From Gammaproteobacteria bacterium (GTDB lineage Bacteria > Pseudomonadota > Gammaproteobacteria > UBA4575), in assembly GCA_965221955.1 (NCBI GenBank), contig CBDCTA010000013.1, forward strand, positions 1 through 15,473: a stretch of DNA of 15,473 nucleotides, in the 5' to 3' direction. The notes below the pieces were generated by a model, which saw nothing but the letters and a program-made list of their open reading frames with translations, ran no database searches and had not been told where the DNA came from. The position numbers were made by a program, and so were the translations under genes. Of the stretch, positions 1 to 7,345 are shown one piece after another; positions within the stretch are counted from its first letter, which is position 1; every line of letters begins with the position of its first letter.

Positions 1-151
1 TAGATAAGGATTCAATTTCTTCAGTTAAATTATTTATTTCTGGACTTATTTCTGAGTTAGCATTCGAATGTGGCGGTGCATGCGAACAGCCAATCAAGCA
101 AATATAAAATAGGCTAATAAAGGCTAGTAAGCTCTTTAAGAGAAATTTCAT
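1..151 (-). CDS. Putative lipoprotein, N-terminal part only (runs off the left edge; not in the ORF track)
   Basis: Manual translation from ATG at 151-149: MKFLLKSLLAFISLFYICLIGCSHAPPHSNANSEISPEINNLTEEIESLS..., no stop before base 1. Basic N-terminus, hydrophobic core and lipobox LIG-C (Cys22). Starts 17 nt downstream of the DoxX stop on the same strand. Confidence 0.8.
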   Translation of the reverse strand, partial: MKFLLKSLLAFISLFYICLIGCSHAPPHSNANSEISPEINNLTEEIESLS

Positions 152-168
152 AATGAAGGCGTGTAGAG

Positions 169-573
169 CTAATCAGGCTTTATGGCAAATCGACCACTAC
201 CAAACAGTAGAACCAATAATCCTCCTGCCAAGTAAAAAGCTTGTAACTCTAATCTCCAGCCACCATGCTCAGTCAACATCAATAAGTGATCCGCGTGCAC
301 CAACACAATCGCGAAAATCATATTCACAAATATTAAAAACCCTCCAAATCGAGAGTAGATTCCCAGCAGAATTAATATCGGCGCAACAATTTCTCCTACA
401 TAGACTCCATAAGCAAATATAGGATGCATTCCAATATTTACGAGTTGATTTTTAATAAACCCAAGTGTTTGTAAATCATATAATTTTGCGACACCATGGA
501 ATAACATTAAGCCACCCACCACAAGCCTGAGAATAAGTTTGGCAAAATCTTCGGTTCGATAAACAGTACTCAT
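169..573 (-). CDS. DoxX family inner-membrane protein
   Basis: 134 aa with about 4 hydrophobic helices; DoxX-type motifs LILRLVVGGLMLFHG, GEIVAPILILLG..SR, GGWRLELQAFYL and terminal GSGRFA. GAGG Shine-Dalgarno at 584-581. Confidence 0.9.
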   Translation of the reverse strand: MSTVYRTEDFAKLILRLVVGGLMLFHGVAKLYDLQTLGFIKNQLVNIGMHPIFAYGVYVGEIVAPILILLGIYSRFGGFLIFVNMIFAIVLVHADHLLMLTEHGGWRLELQAFYLAGGLLVLLFGSGRFAIKPD

Positions 574-724
574 TGCAAGTCCTCATTAAATGTCCTTAAT
601 ATAGAATGCTACCTTAAAGATGGAGTATTTAAATTTTGGTCACTAATTAACCTAATCTTATCGCTTTTTAGTCAACTCGTATCCCCTCAGATTATTATAG
701 TGACACTTGATTTTGTGTAGCATG

Positions 725-742
725 AAACCATTTATATGGTTT
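725..742. promoter_or_regulatory. Inverted repeat, candidate transcription-factor operator in the divergent doxX / protease intergenic region
   Basis: AAACCAT-TTAT-ATGGTTT, perfect 7-bp arms with a 4-nt spacer. Confidence 0.35.
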
Positions 743-814
743 TGAGGCCACATATATACCTAATAACAGCGTTGGGCAACTTGCAGCTCCATCACGATTA
801 ACTTTAATTTAAAA

Positions 815-1342
815 ATGAAAATAATTACCAGGAAGAACATTACAATCTTTTCGATCCTATCTATATTCTGCTCATGTTTTGTCACAAGTAATTTACTTGC
901 TAAAGACCCTGCAAGAGTGATAGCTGGCTGGGTAGAAAAAGTTCGTATCAATGGCCATGATTTTGAGGTAAAAGCTAAGCTTGATACTGGCGCACGAACA
1001 TCTTCTATTCATGCTAAAGATATTAAGTCATTTAAAAAAGACGGAGTACGCTGGGTTAAATTTACGTTGGTATTAACCGATAGCAAAGATAATAAACATG
1101 AAATTCCTATAGAAAAGCCACGTTCACGAAGAACAAATATTAAAAATCACGATGGTGAACATGACAAACGCCACGTTGTCGATTTTGAAATTTGCTTCAA
1201 TGGGCGCACATATACAACTGAATTTACTTTAGCAGACCGTCGTGAGTACATCTATGACGTGTTACTAGGTAGACAATTTCTCAAGAAAACAGCCATCGTG
1301 GACCCCAAGCAAATCTTTCTCACTACCGCAAAATGTGAATAA
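815..1342 (+). CDS. Exported retropepsin-like aspartic protease of the RimB / 'putative ATP-dependent zinc protease' (Zn_protease) family
   Basis: Signal-peptide-like N-terminus (..SNLLA|KD); family motifs GWVEKV, AKLDTGARTSSIHA (catalytic DTG), EFTLADR and VLLGRQFL. Confidence 0.88.
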   Translation: MKIITRKNITIFSILSIFCSCFVTSNLLAKDPARVIAGWVEKVRINGHDFEVKAKLDTGARTSSIHAKDIKSFKKDGVRWVKFTLVLTDSKDNKHEIPIEKPRSRRTNIKNHDGEHDKRHVVDFEICFNGRTYTTEFTLADRREYIYDVLLGRQFLKKTAIVDPKQIFLTTAKCE

Positions 1343-1417
1343 AGTTCTATAATTGCTTAAAACTGAAAAGTTACCTTTTAAAATAGCAACCATAATCCTC
1401 CTTGCTCTAAAACACTG

Positions 1418-2941
1418 ATGCATAAATTAACAGTCCGTTTATGGTCTATTTTCTTTATCGTTATTGGTTTAGCTATTTTTGCGCATAAAGTTTTTCAACT
1501 CGGTATACCGATTACTCCTGATGCGACTACCGAAACCTGGACAATCCAAGCACGTTTAACCTTTATTGGAAATGGCAAAAATATTAAAGCTTCACTAGCC
1601 GTTCCGAACGTTACCCCTGGATATATAAAAATTGATGAACATTATATATCGGGTGATTTTGGGCTCAATGCCAAAATTATTGGCGATAACAAAACAGCTG
1701 AATGGGCTAAACGCAAAGCCTTAGGTCAACAAACACTTTACTATCGCACTACACTGACCCAATCCAGAGTCGCAACAAAATGGACAAAGGTACCAGAATA
1801 TCCTCAAGCACCTGAATTTTTTGAGCCCTACTCTACTGCAGTAAACAAAATCATTGAAGACGTACGCAACCATTCTGCAGATACCGCATCATTCACATAT
1901 GAACTAATCAATCAACTTCGCTCATCTGATAAAAATGAAAACATTTCATTAGTGAAAGGTTTGGCTAGAACAGATGAACAAATTGCTGACTTAATTACAA
2001 AACTTTTAGCCGTAGCGCATATCCCAACACGAAAAATTTGGCTAATAGGTCTCGCTGATGCAGCAAACGACGTTATTCCTCGCATATTTATTCAGTCTTA
2101 TAACGGAGAAGAATGGTTAACCTTTAATCCAAAAACAGGTGCATCAGGCATACCCGCAGAACATATTATTTGGAAAGTTGGTGACACTCCGCTTTATACT
2201 CTAAAAGGAGGAAATTCTGCAGAAGTGACCTTCTCAGTAACAAAATCTTTTATCGAATTACTAGACGTAGCTAAATTAACAACCGAGAAAAAAAGCTCCA
2301 TTCTAGGCAAACTGACTTTATTTTCTTTACCAGTACAAAGTCAAAATACTTTTAGCTTAATTTTAATGGTGCCATTAGGCGCTTTACTTGTTGTGTTCAT
2401 GAGAACATTTGTTGGCGTTCAAACTTTTGGTACATTTATGCCAATATTAATAGCCATTGCATTTCGAGAGACTCAACTACTTTGGGGAGTCATACTTTTT
2501 ACCGTCATTGTATTTATTGGCTTACTGATTCGTTTATATCTTGAGCGCTTGCGCCTCTTATTAATTCCACGACTTGCTGCAATCTTAGTAATTGTCGTAA
2601 TTCTGATGTTAATCATTAGCTTTGCTACCAGTCAGTTAGGCCTTGATCGTTTGTTATCAATCTCATTATTCCCCATGGTTATTCTCGCTATGACGATTGA
2701 ACGCATGTCTATCACTTGGGAGGAAAGCGGTGCTCAAAATGCTTTAATTCAAGGTCTTGGAAGTTTGCTTGTGGCTTGTTTAGGTTATTTAATTATGACT
2801 AATCAGCACTTGATATATATGATGTTCGCCTTTCCAGAGTTTTTGCTTGTTGTATTAGGTATATGTATTTGGATGGGTCGTTATACTGGTTATCGAATTA
2901 GCGAACTACTTAGATTTCGTGAAATAAAAACTTCTATGTAA
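1418..2941 (+). CDS. Inactive transglutaminase-like domain fused to a C-terminal multi-TM domain (Transglut_i_TM / 7TM_transglut type)
   Basis: N-terminal TM anchor, soluble domain with a degenerate transglutaminase core (LLAVAHIPTR...QSYNGEEWLTFNP), then about 7 hydrophobic helices with GVQTFGTFMP, FPMVILAMTIERMSITWEE and GRYTGYRISELLRF. Lies between the protease and the ATP-grasp gene, the neighbourhood known for this family. Confidence 0.9.
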   Translation: MHKLTVRLWSIFFIVIGLAIFAHKVFQLGIPITPDATTETWTIQARLTFIGNGKNIKASLAVPNVTPGYIKIDEHYISGDFGLNAKIIGDNKTAEWAKRKALGQQTLYYRTTLTQSRVATKWTKVPEYPQAPEFFEPYSTAVNKIIEDVRNHSADTASFTYELINQLRSSDKNENISLVKGLARTDEQIADLITKLLAVAHIPTRKIWLIGLADAANDVIPRIFIQSYNGEEWLTFNPKTGASGIPAEHIIWKVGDTPLYTLKGGNSAEVTFSVTKSFIELLDVAKLTTEKKSSILGKLTLFSLPVQSQNTFSLILMVPLGALLVVFMRTFVGVQTFGTFMPILIAIAFRETQLLWGVILFTVIVFIGLLIRLYLERLRLLLIPRLAAILVIVVILMLIISFATSQLGLDRLLSISLFPMVILAMTIERMSITWEESGAQNALIQGLGSLLVACLGYLIMTNQHLIYMMFAFPEFLLVVLGICIWMGRYTGYRISELLRFREIKTSM

Positions 2942-2946
2942 AGTCT

Positions 2947-3885
2947 ATGGCAAGTTTAATTAACCCTACACAGCTTAGAAAGAAAGGTATTCTCGGAATC
3001 AATCAACGTAATAGCGATTACATCATGCGTTATAACAAACGCAGTCTTTATCCTTTAGTTGATGACAAATTACAAACCAAACAACTTGCAATTAACGCAG
3101 GAGTTTCTGTTCCTAAACTCTACGCTATCATTAAATATCACCATCAACGAAAAGATTTAGAAAATCTTTTAAAGGAGCATGGGGATCTAGTGATTAAGCC
3201 TGCACATGGTAGTGGTGGAAATGGAATACTAGTAATCCAAAGCAAAGTCGGCAAACTTTATAAAACGCCTAGTGGCGATCTAATGAGTATTAATGCAATT
3301 AAGCATTATGTATCGAACATACTCTCTGGCATGTACAGTTTGGGAGGTGTGCCTGATCGGGCTTTTTTAGAATACCGAATTCAGTTTGATCCTATTTTTG
3401 ATGATATTAGTTTCAAAGGTGTGCCAGACATTCGTATTATTGTTTTCCGTGGAGTACCCGTCTCTGCAATGGTGCGACTTCCCACAAGCGAATCCAATGG
3501 TAAGGCAAATCTTCATCAAGGCGCTATTGGAGTGGGAATTGATCTCAAAAGCGGTTGCACTACGCATGGGGTTGTAGGAAATGCATTGACTAACTATCAT
3601 CCGGATACTGGTCACCCGATTGAAGGTATACAAATTCCACGCTGGAAAGAAATTTTACAAATCGCTGTTAAATGTTCAGATACAGTTGGTTTAGGTTATT
3701 TAGGTGTGGATATCGTCTTAGATCGTACGCTTGGCCCTCTAATGCTTGAACTGAATGCACGGCCTGGCTTGAATGTGCAATTAGCCAATCAACGTGGACT
3801 TCTATCAAACTTAAACACTATTGAGCGCTTAGAGAAAATACCGTCCCAAATAGACCAACGTGTAAACTTTGCACAATCCTTATAA
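2947..3885 (+). CDS. Alpha-L-glutamate ligase-like ATP-grasp protein (RimK-related)
   Basis: ATP-grasp motifs VDDKLQTK, VIKPAHGSGGNGI, DIRIIV, KANLHQG, GVDIVLD and LELNARPGL; no signal peptide; 5 nt after the upstream stop. Confidence 0.92.
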   Translation: MASLINPTQLRKKGILGINQRNSDYIMRYNKRSLYPLVDDKLQTKQLAINAGVSVPKLYAIIKYHHQRKDLENLLKEHGDLVIKPAHGSGGNGILVIQSKVGKLYKTPSGDLMSINAIKHYVSNILSGMYSLGGVPDRAFLEYRIQFDPIFDDISFKGVPDIRIIVFRGVPVSAMVRLPTSESNGKANLHQGAIGVGIDLKSGCTTHGVVGNALTNYHPDTGHPIEGIQIPRWKEILQIAVKCSDTVGLGYLGVDIVLDRTLGPLMLELNARPGLNVQLANQRGLLSNLNTIERLEKIPSQIDQRVNFAQSL

Positions 3886-3899
3886 ACGAATCTTTAGAA

Positions 3900-5264
3900 G
3901 TGATTATCCAGAATAAAAATGCTTTTGGTTTAATTTGCTTAGTTTTACTTCTAGGAATCACACTTTTTAACTCGACGTGTTTTGCGAAAGAGCAAAACAC
4001 ACACGATGAAGCTACTTCTGTAGAAGCCAGCCAAGAAGCTGAAGAAATAAAAGTTGCCCCTAATCTCGACTTAAAGGAAGTTGCCCCTCCTCCTGAACCC
4101 GTAGTTGCAGTCCCAAAAGAAGACGAACAAGTAAAGAGTGACGAAAGTTTTAAAGAAATTGAAACAATTCCAGAAGATGAAAAACCAGAAGAATTAATAC
4201 TGGAAGAACCAACACAAACTGAAAACATAAAAAAAATTCCCGAGCGAAAAAAATTAGTTATATTAGGCTCAGAAGTTTCACCTGGCACTTCGACACGTTT
4301 GGCTTGGTCTCCTGAGGTCAGTATTTCAGGACTCTCTTTACCCACACCAGTATTAGTTATCAATGGATCTAAACCAGGACCCACATTGTGTTTAACTGGT
4401 GCCATTCATGGTGATGAATTAAATGGCATTGAAGTTGTTCGTCGTGTGATGTACGACATTAATCCTGATGATTTAAGTGGCACCATTATCGGTGTACCTA
4501 TCGTTAATCTACAAGGCTTTCAACGCGGATCCAGATATTTATCAGATCGACGTGACCTAAATCGTTTTTTCCCAGGTGAAGAAAATGGCAGCTTAGCTTC
4601 AAGAATTGCGCACTCACTATTTTCAGAAGTTATTACTCACTGTGAATATTTAATTGATTTGCATACGGGCTCACTACGTAGAACAAATTTGCCGCAAATA
4701 AGAGCCAATATGAGCAATCCAAACGTAGCTAAATTTGTAGAAGGCTTCGATAAAATAGCCATCGTCCACCATCCCGGCAACACTGGTATGTTGAGAACCG
4801 CCGCAAACAATATTGGTATCATTGCCGTAACAATGGAGTTGGGTGAATCACTTCGTATTCAAGAAAACCAAATTGCGGCTGGCACGCATAGTGTAAATAG
4901 CTTACTGGATAAGTTTGAAATGTATCCACGAGTCTTTATTTGGGGTGAGCCAAAACCCGCATATTATGAATCCACTTGGATACGTGTTGAAAGTGGCGGC
5001 ATATTATTTAGCCAAATGGGCTTGGGTGATCGTGTTTCGGTTGGTGATGTTTTGGGCGTCGTAACGGATCCTATTACCAATCAAAGCTCAAATTTAGAAG
5101 CACACATTAATGGACACATTATTGGCATGGCCGTTAACCAAGTTGTAATGCCAGGATTTGCGGCCTACCACATTGGAATAGAATCTAATCAAAAAGAAAT
5201 GGTAAAAGTTGAAGAAAACACACTTTTAGACGTCCAGCCAAATGGTGAGTTAGACCCAGAATAA
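3900..5264 (+). CDS. Exported M14-type zinc carboxypeptidase (succinylglutamate desuccinylase/aspartoacylase family) with acidic low-complexity N-terminal extension
   Basis: GTG start (approximate); signal peptide ..STCFA|KE; Zn and substrate motifs GAIHGDELNG, RDLNRFFPG, IDLHTG, and candidate catalytic Glu in TMELG; C-terminal hybrid-barrel-like segment (GDRVSVGDVLGVV). 14 nt after the ligase stop. Confidence 0.88.
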   Translation: MIIQNKNAFGLICLVLLLGITLFNSTCFAKEQNTHDEATSVEASQEAEEIKVAPNLDLKEVAPPPEPVVAVPKEDEQVKSDESFKEIETIPEDEKPEELILEEPTQTENIKKIPERKKLVILGSEVSPGTSTRLAWSPEVSISGLSLPTPVLVINGSKPGPTLCLTGAIHGDELNGIEVVRRVMYDINPDDLSGTIIGVPIVNLQGFQRGSRYLSDRRDLNRFFPGEENGSLASRIAHSLFSEVITHCEYLIDLHTGSLRRTNLPQIRANMSNPNVAKFVEGFDKIAIVHHPGNTGMLRTAANNIGIIAVTMELGESLRIQENQIAAGTHSVNSLLDKFEMYPRVFIWGEPKPAYYESTWIRVESGGILFSQMGLGDRVSVGDVLGVVTDPITNQSSNLEAHINGHIIGMAVNQVVMPGFAAYHIGIESNQKEMVKVEENTLLDVQPNGELDPE

Positions 5265-5395
5265 TTAAAATAAAAGTACTAATTCTTCAGTATTTGATTG
5301 CTCTTAAATTTAAATAAAAATTACTTTCGAGTACGATATAAGAATTCACCCATACAAATCAAATAGATTGGAACTAAAGGATTAATAACAAGAAT

Positions 5396-5419
5396 ATATA
5401 TGTGGCAATTTACATATAT
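5396..5419. promoter_or_regulatory. Inverted repeat upstream of deaD, candidate operator or weak hairpin
   Basis: ATATATGT-GGCAATTT-ACATATAT, perfect 8-bp arms with an 8-nt spacer. Confidence 0.3.
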
Positions 5420-5543
5420 GACTTTCCCCAAGCGCACTATCCAAAATGATTTACTAAATTAATCAAAATAATGTGTGCAACCACGATTATAACCCGCTAC
5501 CCTACAAACCTTTTCCTAGCCTAGTAAATTCAAAATAATCATT

Positions 5544-5583
5544 TGGTTTTCAGGTGCTCTAGAAGCAATTCCTGAAAAAACCA
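5544..5583 (+). promoter_or_regulatory. Extended RNA stem-loop in the probable deaD 5' leader
   Basis: TGGTTTTCAGG (5544-5554) pairs with CCTGAAAAAACCA (5571-5583, 2-nt bulge); the inner stem TGCT/AGCA closes a CTAGA loop. Confidence 0.45.
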
Positions 5584-5605
5584 TATTATCCAAATATACA
5601 TCTGC

Positions 5606-7345
5606 ATGAGCATCACAGCACCTATGACTTTTAAGCAACTTGCGTTGAACACCGCCTTATTAAAATCATTAGACAAGATCGGCTATGAAATGCCTTCACC
5701 CATTCAGTCGCAAACCATACCGTTGCTATTAGAAGGTGGTGATTTAGTTGGACAAGCTCAAACTGGTACGGGTAAAACTGCAGCATTTGCATTGCCAATC
5801 TTAAATAATTTGGATTTCAAGCAAAAAGAACCACAAGTTTTAGTGCTGACCCCTACTCGTGAACTTGCCATTCAAGTTTCAGAGGCATTTAAGAAATATG
5901 CCGCGAATCTAAAAAACTTTCATGTGTTACCAATCTATGGTGGACAAGACTATCGTGGACAAATCCGCGCATTACAACGTGGAGTTCATATTGCTGTAGG
6001 CACTCCAGGACGCGTGATGGATCATATGCGACGCGGCACTCTTAAGCTCGAAAACCTAACAACTTTAGTACTTGATGAAGCCGATGAAATGCTGCGCATG
6101 GGCTTTATTGAAGACGTTGAATGGGTGCTTGAACAAATCCCTAAAAAAAGACAAATTGCGTTATTTTCTGCAACCATGCCGCAACAAATTCGACGTATTG
6201 CAAAAAAATACTTAAACAATCCATCTGAAGTAACTATAAAAGTTAAAACCACTACGGCAGATACAATTCGCCAACGTTTCTGGCCTGTGAGTGGGATGCA
6301 TAAATTAGATGCACTTACACGTATTCTCGAAGCAGAACAATTTGAGGCTATGCTGATATTTGTACGAACTAAAACAGCAACTACCGAACTTGCAGATAAA
6401 TTAGCAGCTCGAGGTTATGCATCAGCAGCTTTGAATGGTGATATTGCACAAAAAAATCGTGAACGTACTATTCATCAGTTGAAAAGTGGAAAAATTGACT
6501 TGCTCGTTGCCACTGATGTTGCCGCACGTGGTTTAGATGTGGAGCGTATCAGCCATGTTATCAATTATGACATTCCATATGACACTGAAGCTTATGTACA
6601 TCGTATAGGACGTACCGGTCGTGCTGGGCGCCAAGGTGATGCTATTTTATTTGTGGCACCTCGTGAAAAACATTTGTTACACGCTATTGAAAAAGCAACG
6701 AAACAAAAAATAGATATGATGGATCTGCCTTCCACGGAAATCATCAATAACAAACGCATTGTTAAATTTAAACAAAAAATTACAGACACATTAGCAAACG
6801 AAGATTTAGGCTTATTTACAAATTTAATTGAGCAATATCAAACTGAACACAATGTGCCCGCAAATGAAATTGCTGCAGCATTGGCGCAATTGCTACAAGG
6901 TGACACTCCGTTTCTATTAAAGAAAAAGCACAATCCAATCCTTCAGCAAGACTGGGGCAATAATAGCTCTCATGAAAGGAACACCAAATCAAAAAAGAAT
7001 AATAGATCTAAAAAGCACACTCAAACCAAAAACATCTCATTAAAAAAAGGTATGCAGCGCTTTCGTTTAGAAGTAGGTCGCAAACATAAAGCTAAGCCTG
7101 GCAATATTGCTGGGACAATTGCTAATGAAGCAGGTTTAGAGAGTCAACATATAGGAAAAATTAACATTTATGACGAGTATAGTGAAATTGATTTACCAGA
7201 AGGTATGCCTAAAGATATTTTTAATAGTTTAAAAAAGACTCGGGTAGCTGGACAGAAACTCAATATATCGCTTCTACACTCTACCGATAAACCTAAAGAA
7301 AAAAATCGTAGAAGAAAAAGGAAAAAGGAAAAACTAGCTAAGTAA
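5606..7345 (+). CDS. deaD: ATP-dependent DEAD-box RNA helicase DeaD/CsdA
   Basis: Q motif (GYEMPSPIQ), AQTGTGKT, PTRELA, DEAD, SAT, ARGLD and HRIGRTGRAG; C-terminal DbpA-type RNA-binding domain (RFRLEVGRKHKAKPGNI..IANEAG) and a basic tail. Alternative start ATG at 5624. Confidence 0.95.
   Translation: MSITAPMTFKQLALNTALLKSLDKIGYEMPSPIQSQTIPLLLEGGDLVGQAQTGTGKTAAFALPILNNLDFKQKEPQVLVLTPTRELAIQVSEAFKKYAANLKNFHVLPIYGGQDYRGQIRALQRGVHIAVGTPGRVMDHMRRGTLKLENLTTLVLDEADEMLRMGFIEDVEWVLEQIPKKRQIALFSATMPQQIRRIAKKYLNNPSEVTIKVKTTTADTIRQRFWPVSGMHKLDALTRILEAEQFEAMLIFVRTKTATTELADKLAARGYASAALNGDIAQKNRERTIHQLKSGKIDLLVATDVAARGLDVERISHVINYDIPYDTEAYVHRIGRTGRAGRQGDAILFVAPREKHLLHAIEKATKQKIDMMDLPSTEIINNKRIVKFKQKITDTLANEDLGLFTNLIEQYQTEHNVPANEIAAALAQLLQGDTPFLLKKKHNPILQQDWGNNSSHERNTKSKKNNRSKKHTQTKNISLKKGMQRFRLEVGRKHKAKPGNIAGTIANEAGLESQHIGKINIYDEYSEIDLPEGMPKDIFNSLKKTRVAGQKLNISLLHSTDKPKEKNRRRKRKKEKLAK

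Noticed and set aside
111-130. Near-tandem 10-mer AGGCTAATAA/AGGCTAGTAA
   Set aside because: Only two imperfect copies inside a signal-peptide coding region; not an array.
153-422. 89-aa + strand ORF
   Set aside because: Antisense shadow of the well-supported doxX gene; no recognisable motifs.
773-788. Possible sigma-54 promoter (GG-N10-GC at 774-787)
   Set aside because: Spacing fits, but the flanks (TGGGCA / CAGC) deviate from TGGCAC / TTGC.
760-951. 63-aa - strand ORF
   Set aside because: Overlaps the protease gene antisense; no family features.
1348-1353. TATAAT between the protease and transglutaminase genes
   Set aside because: No plausible -35 at 16-18 nt and no extended -10 TG; expected by chance in AT-rich DNA.
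3367-4822. ORFs 3367-3633(-), 3386-3577(+), 3818-4405(-) and 4637-4822(-)
   Set aside because: Nested in or antisense to the ligase and M14 genes. The 195-aa Ser/Phe-rich ORF is the mirror of the Glu/Lys-rich linker codons.
5273-5298. Weak hairpin after the M14 stop as an intrinsic terminator
   Set aside because: AT-rich stem with a wobble pair and no convincing U-tract.
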